Source of the DNA: Euglena gracilis
Taxonomy: Eukaryota
Assembly: GCA_039621445.1 (NCBI GenBank)
Contig: CP154954.1
Location: forward strand, 29,047,837-29,111,836
Reading direction: 5' to 3'
Length of the DNA: 64,000 bases
A program made the translations under genes and the position numbers. How positions within the stretch are numbered: position 1 is the stretch's first letter; each line of letters starts with the position of its first letter. The notes under the pieces are model-generated. The model had not been told where the DNA came from, did no database searches, and was given only the letters and a program-made list of their open reading frames with translations. Shown piece after piece: positions 34,385 through 47,007 of this stretch.

Positions 34385-36189
34385 AGGGTAGACACACCAC
34401 TCCATTGATCATCAAGTGATTGCAAGCATTGCCCAGCGAAAACAGAGATTTTGCTCCGGGTACATTCAGTGATGGCACAACCAGCCAGTTCGCCCCCCCC
34501 CCCCCCAGAAGTTGGCCTCCTCTTCACCCGCCAATTTGGTTTCCCTGACAATTTCGGAATTTTTTTTTTGGAAACGGCTGGGCGAAAATTCGCCAGACGT
34601 TGACATTTGTGTATACATGCATTTTTCTTGTGGGGTGGGTAGGGTAGCACATTGTCTTCGCACATCTCTGTTGCCATGCCTGATGGTGGTTTTTGCCACC
34701 TCATTACCATTCAGGTGCTGAGGCACATTCATGTTCATCCACATCTGATCCCTTTGGGTCATGCTGGCACCCATTGCAAATGCCAGTCTTTTTCAATGTT
34801 TCGTTTTCCTCGAAATTAACGTTGGGAGATTGACCAGGGTTGTTCGCAAAATGTGCCACGGAAAAAAATTGCCATGTGAAATGTGCCGCTTAGAAATTTT
34901 GCAAACAACAAATAACAAACAACAACTTCATTCAAAGTGAAACCATACCAAATCAAATAGAATCACACCAGATGATTTAAAACCACAACCATCTGCCTAA
35001 CCATCTGAGATTAATCTGATTTTGATCTTTCAGCCTCATCCACAATAGCCCATTTCCTCACAACCAAAAATAGTTTATTTGGCTGTCTTGGGATCAAATC
35101 CAAACAGTAAAAAGAATATGTGCCGTGAAAGAATAATTTTCTCTTTTTGGGGGGTGAGGGATGTTCAAGCACTCTGCCATTTTGTACTTACCACAGTAGT
35201 TTAGTTTGATTGCCCGAGTCAACACTCAGAACATGTATGAAACAAATGCGTCAAAAACCGGGAGCCCGCAGTTGTGTTTGTAACCATAGATTCACTTGGG
35301 GGGGTCACTTGTGTGACCTTGAGACTTGTGTGACCTTGTGTCACTTGTGACCTTGTGTGACCTCCCAAGACACCCCGAGGGGGGGTTTCGAGGGTTGTTG
35401 TGTGGGTTCAAGCTGAGGCCGGGCCCAAAATTTTCCTCACCATTTTCGGCCGATTTTGGCTGGATTTTGGGTTGGTGGGAGGGTGGTTGACTCCCCGGGG
35501 GGGTCGTGGCACCTGGGTTTTTGAAAAAAGTGGGTGGGTGGGTTTGGGCCAGGGAAAAAGTGCCTATGTTCGTCACAAAGACGATGCATTTCCACATATT
35601 GCACATGTTTTTTTTTTATTTGACTGTGCCAAAATTTTGTCCACTTTTTTTGACCTTCGTTTCCCCCCCCTAAAAAGTAGCACATTTTCCCAAAATTGGT
35701 GAAAATGCTGTGGTGGGTGGGTCGACCCCCTCCCCCACCTCCTGGGCCGGGTCGGGGGTCGACCCCCCCCACCAGGCGCCAGGCCTTCCCGTTCTGCCCT
35801 GCCCCCCGGGGGGTCAGTGAGCAATAATGTGGTCCAACACATTTTTATGAAAAACCCTGGATTGACATTTTAAATGACCGCCCGCTTTTCGACTGCAATG
35901 GTCCGCCTTGCAACCTCCACCCAATTGTTTGTAAGATAAACGCTTTCGCGAAATTGTCTTCGGCTCATCCACTGGTGGGCCAAATGGGTGCACCCTTGTT
36001 GTGGTGTGCTGCTGCGTGTGCAAAGCAAACCTTTTGAAACAAAAAAAAATAAGCATAATGTTTTGCCATCAATGCCATCCATGTCGATCCACGAAAGAAA
36101 AAATACTCAGCGATTTCTTTTTGCTTTTTCTTCAGCTTCAAAGTCGACGCACAAAGCGAAGCCGCACCAGTCGGGCTTCGAACGGTGAG

Positions 36190-38660
36190 GTGGTGAGGTG
36201 AGGTCCTGCTTTCTTTGCCGGCTGCTCCGTTCCGGTGTGTGGTTGGTGTGCCTGGGGGTGCTGCTTGCTGTGTTTTTTTTGTTTCCGGAGTAGGCTAACC
36301 CCTATCATTTATCTAACTCCGGTCATTTATTTAAAAAAGGCAGAACACACAATTGTAAAAAAAAACCTCCACTTGAAATTATACAACACAAGCTCAACTG
36401 GAATATTTCTCGGGATTATTGAAAGGAAACCCAGGAAAGCCCCCAAAGATGCAGACACCCCCCAAAAGCACGGGAGCCCCCCCACCAAGCGACCATGCGA
36501 AAGAGGTGTGCATGGCCACGACGGCCCCCGAGGTGTCAGTCTCACAAAAAAACCGCCGGCGAGCAAGGCGTGGCCTCACGGCACAGGAAGTGGGGGGGGA
36601 GGGTCAACGAGGGGAGAAGCACGACCATTCGGGCTGCGCACACTCCGGGCGTGAGGTCCTGCTTCTTTTGCCGGCAGCAGGACCTCGCCCCTCTCTCGTG
36701 CTTCGCCATCATGGTCCGTTCCTCCCAGTCATCCTTCCTGGGAGCTAAAAAAAACAAAGAGAGGCGATTCGCCCTCGACAATCCCCCCCGGTCGGTTTTA
36801 CTCAAGGGAGTACCAGACCAAGACCTTTCGAGCCCGACCCTCCTCCCGCAAAAGGAAATTTGCTCCCAAAAGCCCTCAAAAGCCCTCGGTCAGCAGAAAA
36901 TGGGGGCCAGCGCCTGCAGGGTACAAAAGCGGCGCCACACGCCGGCCGTCTGTTTTGTGGATTGCGATGCGTTGGGCTCGGGTGTTGCCGCTTTGTGCAG
37001 CCTCGCAAAAAGTTGGCTGCGTTGTCTTCCAAGGGGCGCTCACCAGGCATGGCCTCATAAGTTCTTTGCGTTCCGCCCCCGCAGCACCTCCCTCCCTTGT
37101 CGGTTTCCCGAGGGTTTTTGAGTCACAGACGAGCACCATCGGCCAACTCCGACGACGCGGAACGACGGGTGGACACCTGAACAAAGCGAACCCAACTGCA
37201 CAGCACCGCCGGCGAATAAGGAAAGGCTCCGAAGGTCTTTGTGCTCCGCCGGCGGCGTCCCTTCCTCGCTTGTGGTTTTCCTCGCTCGCCTTCCCATCTT
37301 CTTGTGGTCCGTTCCTCTTCCTCGCTGAGACGTGGGTGTCCGAGGTGACTTAAAGTGCCTTAAAATGCTCTAAATCTGTTGGTGAACACTGTGGAAACAG
37401 ATGATTTGGAGCATTTAAATGCCACCTCAGCGTGGATAAGAAGTTTGTGGCAGGAGCTGCAGGAAATAAGGAGACATTTATGTGCAGGAAATAGCCAATC
37501 CTTCAGTCTGGACCCCAGACCTGACTTAACAACCACCAGGTTGTCACAACCATCCCAGCATAGGGGCAGGGGTAGAATTAACAGCAGATCTCAGCAGAAC
37601 AGACCCAGAAGCAGGTCCAACTTTCGTTATGGGAAAGGAAAAGGAAAGGGGAAAGGGGGGAAAGGCAAGGGGAACCACGAATGATGGGACCCTGGTGCAG
37701 ATGTACCCACAGGGTCTACCAGAAAACATTCTGAACAGTGGGTCACCGTTACAAGAGAAAATAAATCACAATCCGGCTGGAACAAAACAAAACATGCACC
37801 CCACAATGCACATGGATGGGTCCACGGGAAAACCTGGAACATTGGGTCACATTGGGGGCAGACAATGTGCTGCTGCAAGCAATAAAAAAAAAAGAGGTGA
37901 AGGCACCAGTGTTCAGCATCCAAGGCCGAAACAAAATATATCAAAAACTGCAGATTTCACACCAGCCACACAGGAAACCGTCACCGAGTACTTGAACACA
38001 GGTGCCATAGACCACTCACAAACGAGGAGTGGACAAAAACCAGCCAGTGGACACTAAAATTGACCAGAGAGAAAAAAAATACCGGAAAAATCAGGTTGAT
38101 TACAGACCTCAGGAACCTAAACCAGTGCCAAAACATCGTACGACACAACACAGACACCTGTAAGACCCTGCCGCAGACTCTGAAGCAAAAAGATTTGCAC
38201 TGGGGGATACCTCTGGACATCCAATCATTTATCCACCACTTGCAGGTGCACTCCCACATTCAGAGGTGGATGTGTTTCTAAATCAGCGAAAACGCTTTTC
38301 AGATCCAGGCCCTTCCATTGGGATGAGCTCTCAGCCCCTGGTGGTCACAGAAACTGACAAAACCACTGAGGGCCTCGCTGAACCAGAAAAACAGACAACA
38401 TGTGTGGTATGCGGACGACTTTCTACTGCTGGGGAAGACAGCAGAATCCACCAGGTTGAGGGTAGCTTCCCTCATCAAACAACTGATAAAGTGTGTGACC
38501 AGGCGGATTTGGGAAAAGACAATGAACGACCCAGAACAGACATTGACGTACCTGGGACACCAGATCGCCCTGACATCCAACAAAATCAGGCCCCTGGAAC
38601 ACAAGAACCAATTGACATTGACTCGGATAAAACACAAACTGAAGGGACAGTGCTTCCAAC
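36190..38660 (+). mobile_element. Degenerate, 3'-truncated DIRS-like retrotransposon (left-ITR-like end, gag C-terminus, RT)
   Basis: The ITR-like GTGAGGTCCTGCT...TTCCGGAGTAGGC at 36198-36295 resembles the ITR of the minus-strand element. Basic GKGKGKGKGGKG gag tail at ~37630-37680. RT fragments KIRLITDLRNLN, IQALPLG and WYADDFLLLG, with stops and frameshifts. Confidence 0.8.
37950..38660 (+). pseudogene. Reverse transcriptase pseudogene (DIRS type)
   Basis: EYLNTGAI..., RLITDLRNLN, LDIQSFIHHL, YADD motif at ~38408-38419; in-frame stops. Confidence 0.85.
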
Positions 38661-41600
38661 CCTGGCGGAGAGGAGGCCAGCAGCCAGCCTGATCGAGGAC
38701 ACATCGATTGGCACACTTCTTCAGAGGACAAACCTGCCAGTTTATACATGTACACTCCTGCCCCCCTGGTGGAATGGGGGGCCCACTGGGGGGTTACCCC
38801 GAGGTTATCCAACAAGCGTTTTGTCAAACTCCCAATGGTTTTTGCAGACAGGGGTGTAAATGGAGGTTTTAAACTTAATAATAAATGTCCCCCAGGTGGA
38901 GCACAGTGAGATGTCAAGCTGACATACTTCTTCATGTTGAACCAGGGGCAAATATTGGGACATGAAGGAATTCGGGGGATTTCCTCCGACTGAGTCTGTC
39001 TCCAACCCTTTCTTCTGACCTGGACAAAAATCTCGCCATCAACCTGGGACACTGTCCTGAAGGTTCGGCTCAAGTCCACTGAGCGATGCAAACAGATGAG
39101 TCTGAAACTTAAAATGACTTGGTCCCTCAGGTCACTGAGGCACTCTGGGGGAGGTGCTGCTGCCAACTTCTGAAGTAATGATTCAGGATTCCAAAAAGAA
39201 GGATACCTGGGGGTGGATGGGTGGATTGACATTGACTCGGATAAAACACAAACTGAAGGGACAGTGGTTCCAACCCTGGCGGAGAGGAGGCCAGCCGCCA
39301 GCCTGATCGAGGACCCCAGTCGGACTCCGGTGAAGAATGGTCCAGGAGGAAGGGACAGCGAAGGCGGAGCACAAGACAACAGTGAGGTCCTGCTCTTCTT
39401 TCCGGCTGTTGTTTTTGTGTTTGGTGTTGGTTGTGGTGCTTCTTACTGCGATGAGTTGTCGGAGTAGGCGGACTCGGAGATGTTGTCGGACTTCTCGGTG
39501 GCTGGCGGAGGTGGGTTGCTGGCCTGTCTGTGGGTGAATGGAAATTTCTCGGGGGGGGGGCTGACCGACTTTTTTGTTCTCTTCCGGGTCGGGGCGGGCG
39601 GGCTCACTGTTGTCTTGTGCTCCACCTTCGCTGTCCCCTCCTCCTGGATCATTCTTCACCGGAGTCCGAGACTGCTCCGGCTCCGCAGAAGACCCCAGTG
39701 AGGATTTGTGCACTTTTTTTTGGACAGCAACCCCCGCATTTTTTCCCGCTTCCAACCGCAAATAATGGGAAGAAAAGGCCTTCACATTTTTCCATTTTCT
39801 AATTTGGCACACTTTTTCAGAGGACAAACCTGCCAGTTTATACATGTACACTCCTGCCCCCCTGGTGGAATGGGGGGCCCACTGGGGGGGGTACCCCATG
39901 GTTATCCAACAATCGTTTTGTCAAACTCCGAATGGTTTTTGCAGACAGGGGGGTAAATGGAGGTTTTAAACTTAATAATAAATGTCCCCCAGGAGGGGCA
40001 CAGTGAGATGTCAAACTGACATATTTCTTCATGTTGAACCAGGGGCAAATATTGGGACATGAAGGAATTTGGGGGATTTCCTCCGACTGAGTCTGTCTCC
40101 AACCCTTTCTTCTGACCTGGGCAAACATCTTGCCATCAACCTGGGACACTGTCCTGAAGGTTCGGCTCAAGTCCACTGAGCGATGCAAACAGATGAGTCT
40201 GAAACTTAAAATGACTTGGTCCCTCAGGTCACTGAGGCACTCTGGGGGAGGTGCTGCTGCCAACTTCTGAAGTAATGATTCAGGATGCCAGAAAGAAGGA
40301 TACCTGGGGGTGGATGGGTGGATTGACATTGACTCGGATAAAACACAAACTGAAGGGACAGTGGTTCCAACCCTGGCGGAGAGGAGTCCTGCCGCCAGCC
40401 TGATCGAGGACCCCAGTCGGACTCCGGTGAAGAATGCTACAGAAGGAACAGACAGCGAAGGCGGAGCACAAGACAACAGTGAGGTCCTGCTCTTCTTTCC
40501 GGCTGTTGTTTTTGTGTTTGGTGTTGGTTGTGGTGCTTCTTACTGCGATGAGTTGTCGGAGTAGGCGGACTCGGAGATGTTGTCAGACTTCTCGGTGGCT
40601 GGCGGAGGTGGGTTGCTGGCCTGTCTGTGGGTGAATGGAAATTTCTCGGGGGGGGGGGGCTGACCGACCTTTTTGTTCTCTTCCGGGTCGGGGCGGGCGG
40701 GCTCACTGTTGTCTTGTGCTCCACCTTCGCTGCACCTCCTCCTGGATCATTCTTCACCGGAGTCAGAGTCTGCTCCGGCTCCGCAGAAGACCCCAGTGAG
40801 GATTTGGCACCTTTTTTTGGACAGCAACCCCCGCATTTTTTCCCGCTTCCAACCGCAAATAATGGGAAGAAAAGGCCTGCACATTTTTCCATTTTCTAAT
40901 TTGGCACACTTCTTCAGAGGACAAACCTACCAGTTTGTACACGTACACTCCTGCCCCCCTGGTGGAATGAGGGGCCCACTGTGGGGGGGGGGTACCCCGT
41001 GGTTTTCCAACAGTCGTTTTGTCAAACTCCCAATGGTTTTTGCGGACAGGGGGGTAAATGGAGGTTTTAAACTTAATAATAAATGTCCCCCAGGGGGGGC
41101 ACAGTGAGATGTCAAACTGACATATTTCTTCATGTTGAACCAGGGGCAAATATTGGGACATGAAGGAATTTGGGGGATTTCCTCCGACTGAGTCTGTCTC
41201 CAACCCTTTCTTCTGACCTGGACAAACATCTTGCCATCAACCTGGGACACTGTCCTGAAGGTTCGGCTCAAGTCCACTGAGCGATGCAAACTGATGAGTC
41301 TGAAACTTAAAATGACTTGGTCCCTCAGGTCACTGAGGCACTCTGGGGGAGGTGCTGCTGCCAACTTCTGAAGTAATGATTCAGCATTCCAAAAAGAAGG
41401 ATACCTGGGGGTGGATGGGTGGATTGACATTGACTCGGATAAAACACAAACTGAAGGGACAGTGGTTCCAACCCTGGCGGAGAGGAGGCCAGCCGCCAGC
41501 CTGATCGAGGACCCCAGTCGGACTCCGGTGAAGAATGCTCCAGAAGGAACGGACAGGGAAGGTGGAGCACAAGACAACAGTGAGGTCCTGCTCTTCTTTC

Positions 41601-44600
41601 CGGCTGTTGTTTTTGTGTTTGGTGTTGGTTGTGGTGCTTCTTACTGCGATGAGTTGTCGGAGTAGGCGGACTCGGAGATGTTGTCAGACTTCTCGGTGGC
41701 TGGCGGCGGTGGGTTGCTGGCCTGTCTGTGGGTGAATTGAAATTTCTCGGGGGGGGGGGCTGACCGACTTTTTTGTTCTCTTCCGGGTCGGGGCGGGCGG
41801 GCTCACTGTTGTCTTGTGCTCCACCTTCGCTGTCCCCTCCTCCTGGATCATTCTTCACCGGAGTCCGAGACTGCTCCGGCTCCGCAGAAGACCCCAGTGA
41901 GGATTTGTGCAGTTTTTTTTGGACAGCAACCCCCGCATTTTTTCCCGCTTCCAACCGCAAATAATGGGAAGAAAAGGCCTGCACATTTTTCCATTTTCTA
42001 ATTTGGCACACTTCTTCAGAGGACAAACCTGCCAGTTTATACATGTACACTCCTGCCCCCCTGGTGGAATGGGGGGCCCACTGGGGGGGTACCCCATGGT
42101 TATCCAACAATCGTTTTGTCAAACTCCCAATGGTTTTTGCAGACAGGGGGGTAAATGGAGGTTTTAAACTTAATAATAAATGTCCCCCAGGAGGGGCACA
42201 GTGGGATGTCAAACTGACATATTTCTTCATGTTGAACCAGGGGCAAATATTGGGACATGAAGGAATTTGGGGGATTTCCTCCGACTGAGTCTGTCTCCAA
42301 CCCTTTCTTCTGACCTGGGCAAACATCTTGCCATCAACCTGGGACACTTTCCTGAAGGTTCGGCTCAAGTCCACTGAGCGATGCAAACAGATGAGTCTGA
42401 AACTTAAAATGACTTGGTCCCTCAGGTCACTGAGGCACTCTGGGGGAGGTGCTGCTGCCAACTTCTGGAGTAATGATTCAGGATTCCAGAAAGAAGGATT
42501 CCTGGGGGTGGATGGGTGGATTGACATTGACTCGGATAAAACACAAACTGAAGGGACAGTGGTTCCAACCCTGGCGGAGAGGAGGCCTGCCGCCAGCCTG
42601 ATCGAGGACCCCAGTCGGACTCCGGTGAAGAATGCTACAGAAGGAACAGACAGCGAAGGCGGAGCACAAGACAACAGTGAGGTCCTGCTCTTCTTTCCGG
42701 CTGTTGTTTTTGTGTTTGGTGTTGGTTGTGGTGCTTCTTACTGCGATGAGTTGTCGGAGTGGGCGGACTCGGAGATGTTGTCGGACTTCTCGGTGGCTGG
42801 CGGCGGTGGGTTGCTGGCCTGTCTGTGGGTGAATTGAAATTTCTCGGGGGGGGGGGGCTGACCGACTTTTTTGTTCTCTTCCGGGTCGGGGCGGGCGGGC
42901 TCACTGTTGTCTTGTGCTCCACCTTCGCTGTCCCCTCCTCCTGGATCATTCTTCACCGGAGTCCGAGACTGCTCCGGCTCCGCAGAAGACCCCAGTGAGG
43001 ATTTGGCACCTTTTTTTGGACAGCAACCCCCGCATTTTTTCCCGCTTCCAACTGCAAATAATGGGAAGAAAAGGCCTGCACATTTTTCCATTTTCTAATT
43101 TGGCACACTTCTTCAGAGGACAAACCTACCAGTTTGTACACGTACACTCCTGCCCCCCTGGTGGAATGAGGGGCCCACTGTGGGGGGGGGTACCCCGTGG
43201 TTTTCCAACAGTCGTTTTGTCAAACTCCCAATGGTTTTTGCGGACAGGGGGGTAAATGGAGGTTTTAAACTTAATAATAAATGTCCCCCAGGGGGGGCAC
43301 AGTGAGATGTCAAACTGACATATTTCTTCATGTTGAACCAGGGGCAAATATTGGGACATGAAGGAATTTGGGGGATTTCCTCCGACTGAGTCTGTTTCCA
43401 ACCCTTTCTTCTGACCTGGACAAACATCTTGCCATCAACCTGGGACACTGTCCTGAAGGTTCGGCTCAAGTCCACTGAGCGATGCAAACTGATGAGTCTG
43501 AAACTTAAAATGACTTGGTCCCTCAGGTCACTGAGGCACTCTGGGGGAGGTGCTGCTGCCAACTTCTGAAGTAATGATTCAGCATTCCAAAAAGAAGGAT
43601 ACCTGGGGGTGGATGGGTGGATTGACATTGACTCGGATAAAACACAAACTGAAGGGACAGTGGTTCCAACCCTGGCGGAGAGGAGGCCAGCCGCCAGCCT
43701 GATCGAGGACCCCAGTCGGACTCCGGTGAAGAATGATCCAGGAGGAAGGGACAGCGAAGGCGGAGCACAAGACAACAGTGAGGTCCTGCTCTTCTTTCCG
43801 GCTGTTGTTTTTGTGTTTGGTGTTGGTTGTGGTGCTTCTTACTGCGATGAGTTGTCGGAGTAGGCGGACTCGGAGATGTTGTCGGACTTCTCGGTGGCTG
43901 GCGGCGGTGGGTTGCTGGCCTGTCTGTGGGTGAATTGAAATTTCTCGGGGGGGGGGCTGACCGACTTTTTTGTTCTCTTCCGGGTTGGGGCGGGCGGGCT
44001 CACTGTTGTCTTGTGCTCCACCTTCGCTGCACCTCCTCCTGGATCATTCTTCACCGGAGTCCGAGACTGCTCCGGCTCCGCACAAGAACCCAGTGAGGAT
44101 TTGTGCACCTTTTTTTGGACAGCAAGCCCCGCATTTTTTCCCGCTTCCAACCGCAAAAAATGGGAAGAAAAGGCCTGCACATGTTTCCATTTTCTAATTT
44201 GGCACACTTCTTCAGAGGACAAACCTGCCAGTTTATACATGTACACTCCTGCCCCCCTGGTGGAATGGGGGGCCCACTGGGGGGTTACCCCGTGGTTATC
44301 CAACAGGCGTTTTGTCAAACTCCCAATGGTTTTTGCAGACAGGGGGGTAAATGGAGGTTTTAAACTTAATAATAAATGTCCCCCAGGTGGAGCACAGTGA
44401 GATGTCAAGCTGACATACTTCTTCATGTTGAACCAGGGGCAAATATTGGGACATGAAGGAATTTGGGGGATTTCCTCCGACTGAGTCTGTCTCCAACCCT
44501 TTCTTCTGACCTGGACAAACATCTTGCCATCAACCTGGGACACTTTCCTGAAGGTTCGGCTCAAGTCCACTGAGCGATGCAAACAGATGAGTCTGAAACT

Positions 44601-45804
44601 TAAAATGACTTGGTCCCTCAGGTCACTGAGGCACTCTGGGGGAGGTGCTGCTGCCAACTTCTGAAGTAATGATTCAGGATTCCAGAAAGAAGGATACCTG
44701 GGGGTGGATGGGTGGATTGACATTGACTCGGATAAAACACAAACTGAAGGGACAGTGGTTCCAACCCTGGCGGAGAGGAGGCCTGCCGCCAGCCTGATCG
44801 AGGACCCCAGTCGGACTCCGGTGAAGAATGATCCAGGAGGAAGGGACAGCGAAGGCGGAGCACAAGACAACAGTGAGGTCCTGCTCTTCTTTCCGGCTGT
44901 TGTTTTTGTGTTTGGTGTTGGTTGTGGTGCTTCTTACTGCGATGAGTTGTCGGAGTAGGCGGACTCGGAGATGTTGTCAGACTTCTCGGTGGCTGGCGGC
45001 GGTGGGTTGCTGGCCTGTCTGTGGGTGAATTGAAATTTCTCGGGGGGGGGGGCTGACCGACTTTTTTGTTCTCTTCCGGGTCGGGGCGGGCGGGCTCACT
45101 GTTGTCTTGTGCTCCACCTTCGCTGTCCCCTCCTCCTGGATCATTCTTCACCGGAGTCCGAGTCTGCTCCGGCTCCGCAGAAGACCCCAGTGAGGATTTG
45201 TGCACCTTTTTTTGGACAGCAACCCCCGCATTTTTTCCCGCTTCCAACCGCAAATAACGGGAAGAAAAGGCCTGCACATTTTTCCATTTTCTAATTTGGC
45301 ACACTTCTTCAGAGGACAAACCTACCAGTTTGTACACGTACACTCCTGCCCCCCTGGTGGAATGAGGGGCCCACTGGGGGGGGTACCCCATGGTTTTCCA
45401 ACAGTCGTTTTGTCAAACTCCCAATGGTTTTTGCGGACAGGGGGGTAAATGGAGGTTTTAAACTTAATAATAAATGTCCCCCAGGGGGGGCACAGTGAGA
45501 TGTCAAACTGACATATTTCTTCATGTTGAACCAGGGGCAAATATTGGGACATGAAGGAATTTGGGGGATTTCCTCCGACTGAGTCTGTCTCCAACCCTTT
45601 CTTCTGACCTGGGCAAACATCTTGCCATCAACCTGGGACACTGTCCTGAAGGTTCGGCTCAAGTCCACTGAGCGATGCAAACAGATGAGTCTGAAACTTA
45701 AAATGACTTGGTCCCTCAGGTCACTGAGGCACTCTGGGGAGGTGCTGCTGCCAACTTCTGAAGTAACGATTCAGGATTCCAAAAAGAAGGATACCTGGGG
45801 GTGG
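38611..45804 (-). repeat. Tandem array of a ~1.1-kb unit (flank + right ITR + ICR + tyrosine recombinase catalytic domain), about 7 copies, the first internally deleted
   Basis: The landmark GGA(T)ACCTGGGGGTGG recurs at ~39201, 40298, 41399, 42496, 43597, 44692 and 45789. Confidence 0.95.
41325..42527 (-). CDS. Tyrosine recombinase catalytic-domain copy with an unbroken frame (array copy 4)
   Basis: From ATG at 42527: MSIHPSTPR..FW...LHRSVDL (R)...HSTRGAG (HxxR)...KWKN (W)...FSSHY (Y). Another unbroken copy lies in 43839-44870. Confidence 0.6.
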   Translation of the reverse strand: MSIHPSTPRNPSFWNPESLLQKLAAAPPPECLSDLRDQVILSFRLICLHRSVDLSRTFRKVSQVDGKMFAQVRRKGWRQTQSEEIPQIPSCPNICPWFNMKKYVSLTSHCAPPGGHLLLSLKPPFTPLSAKTIGSLTKRLLDNHGVPPQWAPHSTRGAGVYMYKLAGLSSEEVCQIRKWKNVQAFSSHYLRLEAGKNAGVAVQKKLHKSSLGSSAEPEQSRTPVKNDPGGGDSEGGAQDNSEPARPDPEENKKVGQPPPPRNFNSPTDRPATHRRQPPRSLTTSPSPPTPTTHRSKKHHNQHQTQKQQPERRAGPHCCLVLHLPCPFLLEHSSPESDWGPRSGWRLASSPPGLEPLSLQFVFYPSQCQSTHPPPGILLFGMLNHYFRSWQQHLPQSASVT

Positions 45805-46110
45805 TTGTGTTCCCTTGTCGTTTGTTGGTTGCCAACAGGGGTAAAAACCTTAACATGTGAAAACCAAGAAGCTGGACCACAGCACTATAAGCATTCCTGG
45901 CCTGGGCCTCACTGAAGGTGAAATTTTTTATGATGCCAGAAGCGACTAATTCTGGGCTTATGGAGTTGAAGTCCTGCTGGGACATGGTCAAAACTCCCCA
46001 CAGAGTCCTGAAGGCAGAGTTATATCTCGCCAAGGAAAGATTGTGACTTAAGAAATTGTCAACCACTGAGGGGGGGATCTGTTGCCTCTGTAACAACTGC
46101 CTGACAATAA
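45200..46110 (-). pseudogene. DIRS tyrosine recombinase (frameshifted at homopolymers)
   Basis: ARYNSAFRTLW...PRYPSFW...HRSVDL...CPW...HSTRGAG...W...YLRL. Confidence 0.85.
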
Positions 46111-46900
46111 AATGCACGCCAGGTGCCACCTTGGCTTTTTCATGATGGGCTGCCCATGACGATTCTCGAACATGTGGTGGCAAGGCAGAATTCTCAGGGC
46201 TGGTGTGTGTGGAATTTGTAGCTTTATTAACAGGGGCCACCACACAGCTGAAACCCACAGGGGGCAAATCAGAAGGCATCGTAGATGTCTGTGTTCTTTT
46301 AATCTCAGGAGCCACTGGCTCAGCACAGACCAGTGAGGGTCTGAGAACATGTCCAGAGGGCAATTCAAACTGTCTGTGGCCACTGCCTGAAAATGGGGCT
46401 CGACTTACAAACTGAGGTAGTTTGTGATTCCCTGGTGATGCAACCATGTCAACAGTGGGGTTTATGATCTGCTGAAAGATGTGCATGACTTTTTTTGAAA
46501 ATGAAAGGGTTTAAACTGTAGTCCCCTGGGTCGAAGTGCCATCGGCTGATGGCATCGCTTTTCATGGTTTGATGGTTTGGGAGGGAACCCAGTGAACTTG
46601 GAGGGTGATGTCCATTGCCATGTACCACTTCAGAAAAGGTATGATGAGTTTTTTCAGGTGGGGCAGTCTCCCCCCCCCCCTTGAGGAGATAGTAGTAGGA
46701 AACTTTGTTGTCCACTGTTAGGGACACCGTGTCCCTTTTTCTGGCGAAAGACCTTACAGTGGAGATGGCTGCGATCAATTCTTTTACATTGATATGTAAG
46801 TGAGAATCTTTTCGCTAAAATTATTGCAACTGGGCGCCAGCTTGTAGGTCTAGGCCCCCCCAACCAAAAGTTGAACTGTCTGACTCCAGGTGTCTGGTTT
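46048..46900 (-). pseudogene. DIRS RNase H and adenine-methyltransferase-like domain remnants
   Basis: HINVKELIAAI..., VDNKVSYYYL, SDAISR (RNase H). VDMVASPGNHKLPQFVS...LLICPLWVSAVWWPLL (typical DIRS MT region). Confidence 0.7.
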
Positions 46901-47007
46901 CTGGCTTGCCCCTGGGTGTCTGTCTCTTCATCTTCATTTCATGAAATTGGACTTGATGATCCCACAAATTTTTCTGTAGGGACAAAACCTACCGAAGTGT
47001 CCTGAAA

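Noticed and set aside
41290-41306. Hammerhead ribozyme core (CTGATGA...GAAA)
   Set aside because: No stem II. It is present in only some copies and is the antisense of recombinase codons.
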